From the NCBI RefSeq assembly GCF_964204645.1, contig NW_027437452.1, positions 39,400-103,399 of the forward strand: a stretch of DNA of 64,000 nucleotides, given 5' to 3'. The notes beneath the pieces are model-generated. The model had not been told where the DNA came from and made no database searches. It saw only the letters and a program-made list of their open reading frames with translations. Origin of the DNA: Tubulanus polymorphus. Taxonomy: Eukaryota > Animalia > Nemertea. The translations under genes and the position numbers were made by a program. Shown one piece after another: positions 24,815 through 33,900 of the stretch (its first letter is position 1; each line of letters opens with the position of its first letter).

Positions 24815-25748
24815 TCGAGGGGCTGGGCGTTTTCCGACGCGGACAGCGAGCGGCTGAATGTGGGCCTCTGCATAACTTGCATTGGTGGGCGTATATGCAA
24901 GATTTTCGGGGACAGGACGAGGCGGCGCTATTAAACGCGTAGCAGAAATTGACTGCCTGGCCCGAAGATGCTCGAAAGGGCCGTTTCAAGTTATTATTTC
25001 GAGTCTTCGCTTCCAACCACAGCTCCCAATTGGTGGCGTCCCACCTACCGGCGACATCTGAAGCCGCACGGAGCGCACGAAAATTCTGGTCGTAAAACGC
25101 CCAATCCCCGCCCTGGGACGCAAGGTTCTGGACGCTTCGACCGTACTTGATCAGAGGTATGGCGTCATGAGGATGACGGCGCAAATGGACAGTAGAAAAG
25201 ATTTCGAATGCCCTTACCCACTGCTCGATCGACTTAATGGCTGTAAGCCTGGGTGTCGCTATAGATACGTGAGGCGTTTCCTGACCAGGGGCGGGCAGCA
25301 CGTTAAAGGAATACGCCGCATCGGGCTTGCGCAAAAGCACCGCGAAATCCAGCCATTTTCCTGACCAAATAGATTCTTTTATCTTAACCGGCACTAACGC
25401 ATCCAATGCCACCGCGGCGGGCAGAAAAGACCCCGGGCCGCTCAACTGTGGTTGTTGATAAAAACCCATACCATCGGGGATGATATTACCTGCTTCCGGC
25501 GCTGCCACATCCAAGGCCTGTGGTACTGTTATGGTCCCCTGCTGAGGCGTATTCTCAGCCTGCTGAGGTGTATTTGCAGCGGTGTTTGCAGGGATGGCGT
25601 TGACCTGGGGTAACAAAGAGACCGCTCTTTCGAGAGTCTCCAGCAGGCGGTCTGCCCGAGCCTCCTTCTCTGAGATAGCCCCAGCTGGCGCTTTCCTCCG
25701 CTTGTTTAAGGCTGGGGTTGCCTGTTGCTTTCTCTTGGTGCGCTGCAT
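24777..25748 (-). CDS. Gag-like nucleic-acid-binding protein with C-terminal CCCH and CCHC zinc fingers, 323 aa
   Basis: Lies upstream of RT and overlaps it by 38 bp. Basic N-terminus (KRKQ, KRRK), W..YD..FR motif, and C-X9-C-X4-C-X3-H followed by C-X2-C-X3-H-X4-C (CYAFNSAASSCPRKSCIYAHQCKLCRGPHSAARC). Confidence 0.85.
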   Translation of the reverse strand: MQRTKRKQQATPALNKRRKAPAGAISEKEARADRLLETLERAVSLLPQVNAIPANTAANTPQQAENTPQQGTITVPQALDVAAPEAGNIIPDGMGFYQQPQLSGPGSFLPAAVALDALVPVKIKESIWSGKWLDFAVLLRKPDAAYSFNVLPAPGQETPHVSIATPRLTAIKSIEQWVRAFEIFSTVHLRRHPHDAIPLIKYGRSVQNLASQGGDWAFYDQNFRALRAASDVAGRWDATNWELWLEAKTRNNNLKRPFRASSGQAVNFCYAFNSAASSCPRKSCIYAHQCKLCRGPHSAARCPRRKTPSPSNGHKRSDPTYKS

Positions 25749-25819
25749 TACTACTCTATATGACTACTAAAACACAAAATACGTGCGGGTTATTAACTGT
25801 ATCAGTATTATGAATAAGA

Positions 25820-26610
25820 CCTGCCTACTGCCGGCAGCAGGAAAATTAAGCCCTAATATTAATGATTATTTCGTGGGCACCTGCCCAGAAGCAGGAAAAT
25901 TAAGCCCTTATACTAATTATTATTTCCTGGGCACCTGCCCAGAAGCAGGAAAATTAAGCCCTTATACTAATTATTATTTCCTGGGCACCTGCCCAGAAGC
26001 AGGAAAATTAAGCCCTAATATTAATGATTATCTCGTTGGCACCTGCCCAGAAGCAGGAAAATTAAGCCCTAATATTAATGATTATTTCGTGGGCACCTGC
26101 CCAGAAGCAGGAAAATTAAGCCCTTATACTAATTATTATTTTCCTGGGCACCTGCCCAGAAGCAGGAAAATTAAGCCCTAATATTAATGATTATCTCGTT
26201 GGCACCTGCCCAGAAGCAGGAAAATTAAGCCCTAATATTGATGATTAATTCGTAGGCACCTGCCCAGAAGCAGGAAAATTAAGCCCTTATACTAATTATT
26301 ATTTCCTGGGCACCTGCCCAGAAGCAGGAAAATTAAGCCCTTATGTTAATGATTGTCTCGTGGGCACCTGCCCAGAAGCAGGAAAATTAAGCCCAATATT
26401 AATGATTATATCGTGGTAACCCGCCCAGAAGCAGGAAAATTAAGCCCAATATTCATGATTAATTATCCCATGGGCACCTGCCTAGAAGCAGGGAAATTAA
26501 GCCCTATATCAATATGTATCACAGGAAAATTAAGCCCTCATATTAAACATTTATTCATGGGCACCTGCCCCGAAGCAGGAAAATTAAGCCCGATATTAAT
26601 GCTTATCTCC
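25820..26610. repeat. Internal 54-bp minisatellite (~15 copies) between the SGNH ORF and gag
   Basis: The core GCAGGAAAATTAAGCCC, or a close variant, recurs at 25837, 25891, 25945, 25999, 26053, 26107, 26162, 26216, 26270, 26324, 26378, 26431, 26488, 26521 and 26575. Degenerate copies continue to ~26750. Confidence 0.93.
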
Positions 26611-26944
26611 TGGGACCTCCAGTACAGTAGCATATTCTAAAAACCTTTATGGTAATGATCGGGAAAAATGCACGCCCTAATCAATGGTTATTGCAGGATT
26701 AGGAAAATTCCATGGGCCCCTGGCCAGAGGCAGGCAAAATTCAACCTTTCATCAATGAAGACCAGGTAAAAAACTTAAAGGTAATAACGTGCATAGAAAC
26801 ATCAAACTGTATCATTTCTGAGCATCCGAGCATTAAGTTATAGGCTCAAGGATTACTGAGTACGTAAACTATATATATATATTTAAGGAGGCTATATGAA
26901 TCACTAATTTATTTATTTATATGTTAACGAATACTATATAAATC

Positions 26945-26970
26945 TTTTTTTTTTTTTTTTTTTTTTTTTT
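26945..26970 (-). repeat. Poly(A)26 tract (T26 on the + strand) ~55 bp downstream of the SGNH stop codon
   Basis: 26 consecutive T. AATAAA motifs on the minus strand follow it at 26908-26917. Confidence 0.9.
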
Positions 26971-27025
26971 AATACTATACAAGCAGTTATGTATGTGTGT
27001 CCATATCACTACGTATTTCCATGCT

Positions 27026-27646
27026 TCAGACCCTTTCACTCCTATTAGTCCCGAGACACTTCCCGGCCTTAACCATCGCCCCACGGAGTGACCGATATAG
27101 TTTAATGTTGCCCTGTTTGTTCAAGTGAACTAGATCCCCACCATACAGATTATATCTAGAATTCCAAAACCCCCGATGCCGCCAGGAAAATATCTTTCCG
27201 CACCCTGTACAAGCGGCGTGCAGAAATTCCTGCGCTTGTCTAACCCTACTATTCCCAGTAATTTCGTTAAAACTGCGCCATCTCTGGCGGCGAATAGGGT
27301 CACATATATACACAACAGCACCCGTACGCTCGACAATGGTATTAGCGTATTGAAATATTTTCATTCCAACAAACGCTGGGGTTAGATACCGGTTATCTAG
27401 GTCGTTTGACCCAATCTGCAGCAAAACTAATGTAGGCCGCTGCTCACAGATCAATGAGAGCACATCACGGTTTATCAAACTATCTATTGTTGCTCCCCCA
27501 ATACCGATCAAATGAGGTGCCGCAAAGTCTAAACCAGCTAGACCCCAATCGGAATTAACAATAGAGGAAGCAGAACTATTCTCTCTCACAAAATCACCCA
27601 GGCGCCTGATATAACTATGGCCTACGACTACAATGTTCTTAGACAT
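27026..27646 (-). CDS. SGNH/GDSL-family hydrolase (esterase/lipase-like), 206 aa, element-encoded
   Basis: All four SGNH blocks are present: I VVVGHSY (catalytic Ser), II GIGGAT, III LQIGSNDL, V DLVHLN (DxxH). Lies inside the element boundaries, directly after A1. Confidence 0.88.
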   Translation of the reverse strand: MSKNIVVVGHSYIRRLGDFVRENSSASSIVNSDWGLAGLDFAAPHLIGIGGATIDSLINRDVLSLICEQRPTLVLLQIGSNDLDNRYLTPAFVGMKIFQYANTIVERTGAVVYICDPIRRQRWRSFNEITGNSRVRQAQEFLHAACTGCGKIFSWRHRGFWNSRYNLYGGDLVHLNKQGNIKLYRSLRGAMVKAGKCLGTNRSERV

Positions 27647-27727
27647 CCTATCTAAAAATACCGGTATACAAAATTATCGGATGAGTACGTAAAAAAAGGA
27701 TAATTAACGATTAAAAAAGGAGAAATG

Positions 27728-27918
27728 AAAATGTTAAACTTTACGCCTGAGTTCCGGAACTGAAAAGGACGTGTTTACTTCGCGTTGATTGGCTGGTTGG
27801 CTAATAGCACGAGGGCGGCGCCACCGGCTGGTGCTATGTTGCCCGCCGGGAGAAGAACTTCATTTTCTGTCGCAAAAATGCTGATGGGCAACTGGTCATT
27901 CGCACATCTTTTGTTTTT
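27728..27918 (-). repeat. Split direct repeat A1 (5' terminus of the element)
   Basis: Identical by eye to 21688-21878. The satellite resumes at CCTGACG (27919). Confidence 0.95.
27750..27820 (-). promoter_or_regulatory. Putative Pol II promoter within repeat A
   Basis: GC box GGGCGG (27813-27818), CCAAT on the minus strand (27788-27792), Inr-like TCAGTT (27763-27758) overlapping the 12-bp palindrome AGTTCCGGAACT. Motif-level evidence only. Confidence 0.4.
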
Positions 27919-30900
27919 CCTGACGATTTGAGCGCTTTTACGCATCGACATTGTCGTTTTCCCGATAGGGTGAATATTTGATACGAAAACGTCTTTTCTC
28001 GCGCTGAACGACGTTTTCGGGTCGAAAAGTGCTTTTCCTGACGATTTGAGCGCTTTTACGCATCGACATTGTCGTTTTTTCGATAGGGGGAATATTTGAT
28101 ACGAAAACGTCTTTTCTCGCGCTGAACGACGTTTTCGCGTCGAAAAGTGCTTTTCCTGACGATTTGAGCGCTTTTACGCATCGACATTGTCGTTTTTCCG
28201 ATAGGGGGAATATTTGATACGAAAACGTCTTTTCTCGCGCTGTACGACGTTTTTGCGTCGAAAAGTGCTTTTCCTGACGATTTGAGCGCTTTTACGCATC
28301 GACATTGTCGTTTTCCGGATAGGGGGAATATTTGATACGAAAACGTCTTTTCTCGCGCTGAACGACGTTTTCGGTCCGAAAAGTGCTTTTCCTGACGATT
28401 TGAGCGCTTTTACGCATCGACATTGTCGTTTTCCCGATAGGGGGAATATTTGATACGAAAACGTCTTTTCTCGCGCTGAACGACGTTTTTGGGTCGAAAA
28501 GTGCTTTTCCTGACGATTTGAGCGCTTTTACGCATCGACATTGTCGTTTTTTCGATAGGGGGAATATTTGATACGAAAACGTCTTTTCTCGCGCTGAACG
28601 ACGTTTTCGCGTCGAAAAGTGCTTTTCCTGACGATTTGAGCGCTTTTACGCATCGACATTGTCGTTTTTCCGATAGGGGGAATATTTGATACGAAAACGT
28701 CTTTTCTCGCGCTGTACGACGTTTTTGCGTCGAAAAGTGCTTTTCCTGACGATTTGAGCGCTTTTACGCATCGACATTGTCGTTTTCCCGATAGGGGGAA
28801 TATTTGATACGAAAACGTCTTTTCTCGCGCTGAACGACGTTTACGGGTCGAAAAGTGCTTTTCCTGACGATTTGAGCGCTTTTACGCATCGACATTGTCG
28901 TTTTTCCGATAGGGGGAATATTTGATACGAAAACGTCTCTTCTCGCGCTGAACGACGTTTTCGGGTCGAAAAGTGCTTTTCCTGACGATTTGAGCGCTTT
29001 TACGCATCGACATTGTCGTTTTTCCGATAGGGGGAATATTTGATACGAAAACGTCTTTTCTCGCGCTGAACGACGTTTTCGCGTCGAAAAGTGCTTTTCC
29101 TGACGATTTGAGCGCTTTTACGCATCGACATTGTCGTTTTTCCGATAGGGGGAATATTTGATACGAAAACGTCTTTTCTCGCGCTGAACGACGTTTTCGG
29201 GTCGAAAAGTGCTTTTCCTGACGATTTGAGCGCTTTTACGCATCGACTTTGTCGTTTTTTCGATAGGGGGAATATTTGATACGAAAACGTCTTTTCTCGC
29301 GCTGAACGACGTTTTCGGGTCGAAAAGTGCTTTTCCTGACGATTTGAGCGCTTTTACGCATCGACATTGTCGTTTTTTCGATAGGGGGAATATGTGATAC
29401 GAAAACGTCTTTTCTCGCGCTGAACGACGTTTTCGCGTCGAAAAGTGCTTTTCCTGACGATTTGAGCGCTTTTACGCATCGACATTGTCGTTTTTCCGAT
29501 AGGGGGAATATTTGATACGAAAACGTCTTTTCTCGCGCTGTACGACGTTTTTGCGTCGAAAAGTGCTTTTCCTGACGATTTGAGCGCTTTTACGCATCGA
29601 CATTGTCGTTTTCCCGATAGGGGGAATATTTGATACGAAAACGTCTTTTCTCGCGCTGAACGACGTTTTCGGTCCGAAAAGTGCTTTTCCTGACGATTTG
29701 AGCGCTTTTACGCATCGACATTGTCGTTTTCCCGATAGGGGGAATATTTGATACGAAAACGTCTTTTCTCGCGCTGAACGACGTTTTTGGGTCGAAAAGT
29801 GCTTTTCCTGACGATTTGAGCGCTTTTACGCATCGACATTGTCGTTTTTCCGATAGGGGGAATATTTGATACGAACACGTCTTTTCTCGCGCTGTACGAC
29901 GTTTTTGCGTCGAAAAGTGCTTTTCCTGACGATTTGAGCGCTTTTACGCATCGACATTGTCGTTTTCCCGATAGGGGGAATATTTGATACGAAAACGTCT
30001 TTTCTCGCGCTGAACGACGTTTTCGGGTCGAAAAGTGCTTTTCCTGACGATTTGAGCGCTTTTACGCATCGACATTGTCGTTTTTCCGATAGGGGGAATA
30101 TTTGATACGAAAACGTCTTTTCTCGCGCTGTACGACGTTTTTGCGTCGAAAAGTGCTTTTCCTGACGATTTGAGCGCTTTTACGCATCGACATTGTCGTT
30201 TTCCGGATAGGGGGAATATTTGATACGAAAACGTCTTTTCTCGCGCTGAACGACGTTTTCGGTCCGAAAAGTGCTTTTCCTGACGATTTGAGCGCTTTTA
30301 CGCATCGACATTGTCGTTTTCCCGATAGGGGGAATATTTGATACGAAAACGTCTTTTCTCGCGCTGAACGACGTTTTTGGGTCGAAAAGTGCTTTTCCTG
30401 ACGATTTGAGCGCTTTTACGCATCGACATTGTCGTTTTTTCGATAGGGGGAATATTTGATACGAAAACGTCTTTTCTCGCGCTGAACGACGTTTTCGCGT
30501 CGAAAAGTGCTTTTCCTGACGATTTGAGCGCTTTTACGCATCGACATTGTCGTTTTTCCGATAGGGGGAATATTTGATACGAAAACGTCTTTTCTCGCGC
30601 TGTACGACGTTTTTGCGTCGAAAAGTGCTTTTCCTGACGATTTGAGCGCTTTTACGCATCGACATTGTCGTTTTCCCGATAGGGGGAATATTTGATACGA
30701 AAACGTCTTTTCTCGCGCTGAACGACGTTTACGGGTCGAAAAGTGCTTTTCCTGACGATTTGAGCGCTTTTACGCATCGACATTGTCGTTTTTCCGATAG
30801 GGGGAATATTTGATACGAAAACGTCTCTTCTCGCGCTGAACGACGTTTTCGGGTCGAAAAGTGCTTTTCCTGACGATTTGAGCGCTTTTACGCATCGACA

Positions 30901-33900
30901 TTGTCGTTTTTCCGATAGGGGGAATATTTGATACGAAAACGTTTTTTCTCGCGCTGAACGACGTTTTCGCGTCGAAAAGTGCTTTTCCTGACGATTTGAG
31001 CGCTTTTACGCATCGACACTGTCGTTTTCCCGATAGGGGGAATATTTGATACGAAAACGTCTTTTCTCGCGCTGAACGACGTTTTCGGGTCGAAAAGTGC
31101 TTTTCCTGACGATTTGAGCGCTTTTACGCATCGACATTGTCGTTTTTCCGATAGGGGGAATATTTGATACGAAAACGTCTTTTCTCGCGCTGAACGACGT
31201 TTTCGGGTCGAAAAGTGCTTTTCCTGACGATTTGAGCGCTTTTACGCATCGACATTGTCGTTTTCCCGATAGGGGGAATATTTGATACGAAAACGTCTTT
31301 TCTCGCGCTGAACGACGTTTTCGGGTCGAAAAGTGCTTTTCCTGACGATTTGAGCGCTTTTACGCATCGACATTGTCGTTTTTTCGATAGGGGGAATATT
31401 TGATACGAAAACGTCTTTTCTCGCGCTGAACGACGTTTTCGCGTCGAAAAGTGCTTTTCCTGACGATTTGAGCGCTTTTACGCATCGACATTGTCGTTTT
31501 TCCGATAGGGGGAATATTTGATACGAAAACGTCTTTTCTCGCGCTGAACAACGTTTTCGGTCCGAAAAGTGCTTTTCCTGACGATTTGAGCGCTTTTACG
31601 CATCGACATTGTCGTTTTCCCGATAGGGGGAATATTTGATACGAAAACGTCTTTTCTCGCGCTGTACGACGTTTTCGCGTCGAAAAGTGCTTTTCCTGAC
31701 GATTTGAGCGCTTTTACGCATCGACATTGTCGTTTTTCCGATCGGGGGAATATTTGATACGAAAACGTCTTTTCTCGCGCTGAACGACGTTTTCGGTTCG
31801 AAAAGTGCTTTTCCTGACGATTTGAGCGCTTTTACGCATCGACATTGTCGTTTTTCCGATAGGGGGAATATTTGATACGAAAACGTCTTTTCTCGCGCTG
31901 AACGACGTTTTCGGGTCGAAAAGTGCTTTTCCTGACGATTTGAGCGCTTTTACGCATCGACATTGTCGTTTTTTCGATAGGGGGAATATTTGATACGAAA
32001 ACGTCTTTTCTCGCGCTGAACGACGTTTTCGCGTCGAAAAGTGTTTTTCCTGACGATTTGAGCGCTTTTACGCATCGACATTGTCGTTTTTCCGATCGGG
32101 GGAATATTTGATACGAAAACGTCTTTTCTCGCGCTGTACGACGTTTTCGCGTCGAAAAGTGTTTTTCCTGACGATTTGAGCGCTTTTACGCATCGACATT
32201 GTCGTTTTCCCGATAGGGGGAATATTTGATACGAAAACGTCTTTTCTCGCGCTGAACGACGTTTTCGGGTCGAAAAGTGCTTTTCCTGACGATTTGAGCG
32301 CTTTTACGCATCGACATTGTCGTTTTTTCCGATAGGGGGAATATTTGATACGAAAACGTCTTTTCTCGCGCTGAACGACGTTTTCGGGTCGAAAAGTGCT
32401 TTTCCTGACGATTTGAGCGCTTTTACGCATCGACATTGTCGTTTTTTCGATAGGGGGAATATTTGATACGAAAACGTCTTTTCTCGCGCTGAACGACGTT
32501 TTCGGGTCGAAAAGTGCTTTTCCTGACGATTTGAGCGCTTTTACGCATCGACATTGTCGTTTTTTCGATAGGGGGAATATTTGATACGAAAACGTCTTTT
32601 CTCGCGCTGAACGACGTTTTCCGTCCGAAAAGTGCTTTTCCTGACGATTTGAGCGCTTTTACGCATCGACATTGTCGTTTTTCCGATAGGGGGAATATTT
32701 GATACGAAAACGTCTTTTCTCGCGCTGAACAACGTTTTCGGTCCGAAAAGTGCTTTTCCTGACGATTTGAGCGCTTTTACGCATCGACATTGTCGTTTTC
32801 CCGATAGGGGGAATATTTGATACGAAAACGTCTTTTCTCGCGCTGAACGACGTTTTCGGGTCGAAAAGTGCTTTTCCTGACGATTTGAGCGCTTTTACGC
32901 ATCGACATTGTCGTTTTTCCGATAGGGGGAATATTTGATACGAAAACGTCTTTTCTCGCGCTGAACGACGTTTTCGGTTCGAAAAGTGCTTTTCCTGACG
33001 ATTTGAGCGCTTTTACGCATCGACATTGTCGTTTTCCCGATAGGGGGAATATTTGATACGAAAACGTCTTTTCTCGCGCTGAACGACGTTTTCGGGTCGA
33101 AAAGTGCTTTTCCTGACGATTTGAGCGCTTTTACGCATCGACATTGTCGTTTTTTCGATAGGGGGAATATTTGATACGAAAACGTCTTTTCTCGCGCTGA
33201 ACGACGTTTTCGCGTCTAAAAGTGCTTTTCCTGACGATTTGAGCGCTTTTACGCATCGACATTGTCGTTTTTCCGATAGGGGGAATATTTGATACGAAAA
33301 CGTATTTTCTCGCGCTGTACGACGTTTTCGCGTCGAAAAGTGCTTTTCCTGACGATTTGAGCGCTTTTACGCATCGACATTGTCGTTTTTCCGATCGGGG
33401 GAATATTTGATACGAAAACGTCTTTTCTCGCGCTGAACGACGTTTTCGGGTCGAAAAGTGCTTTTCCTGACGATTTGAGCGCTTTTACGCATCGACATTG
33501 TCGTTTTCCCGATAGGGGGAATATTTGATACGAAAACGTCTTTTCTCGCGCTGAACGACGTTTTCGGGTCGAAAAGTGCTTTTCCTGACGATTTGAGCGC
33601 TTTTACGCATCGACATTGTCGTTTTTCCGATAGGGGGAATATTTGATACGAAAACGTCTTTTCTCGCGCTGAACGACGTTTTCGGGTCGAAAAGTGCTTT
33701 TCCTGACGATTTGAGCGCTTTTACGCATCGACATTGTCGTTTTTTCGATAGGGGGAATATTTGATACGAAAACGTCTTTTCTCGCGCTGAACGACGTTTT
33801 CGCGTCGAAAAGTGTTTTTCCTGACGATTTGAGCGCTTTTACGCATCGACATTGTCGTTTTTCCGATCGGGGGAATATTTGATACGAAAACGTCTTTTCT

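Larger units (their letters stand above)
21235..27918 (-). mobile_element. Full-length tyrosine-recombinase retrotransposon, Ngaro-like (DIRS order, split direct repeats), carrying an extra SGNH hydrolase ORF
   Basis: Overlapping gag-like, RT/RNase H and YR ORFs on the minus strand. Split direct repeats in the order A1...B1-A2...B2. No methyltransferase domain after RNase H. No TSD; the satellite resumes in register. Confidence 0.95.

Noticed and set aside
25678-25686. GCCCCAGCT loop motif also present in the gag 5' coding region
   Set aside because: A single 9-mer without the flanking stem; may be coincidence.
21745-25770. Plus-strand ORFs antisense to the repeats, YR, RT and gag
   Set aside because: Shadow ORFs with no recognisable motifs.
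25820-26610. CRISPR-like appearance (palindromic repeat plus spacer)
   Set aside because: Linkers are homologous to each other and recur identically, there are no cas genes, and the context is a eukaryotic retroelement. It is a minisatellite.
25783-26640. Plus-strand ORFs encoding GTCPEAGKLSP repeats
   Set aside because: A consequence of the 54-bp (18-codon) unit; antisense to the element and broken by a frameshift.
21235-27918. Interpretation as a prophage/integron, LTR retrotransposon or DIRS1-type element
   Set aside because: No DDE integrase, protease, LTRs or TSD; no inverted terminal repeats, internal complementary region or methyltransferase. Split direct repeats plus YR fit an Ngaro-like element.
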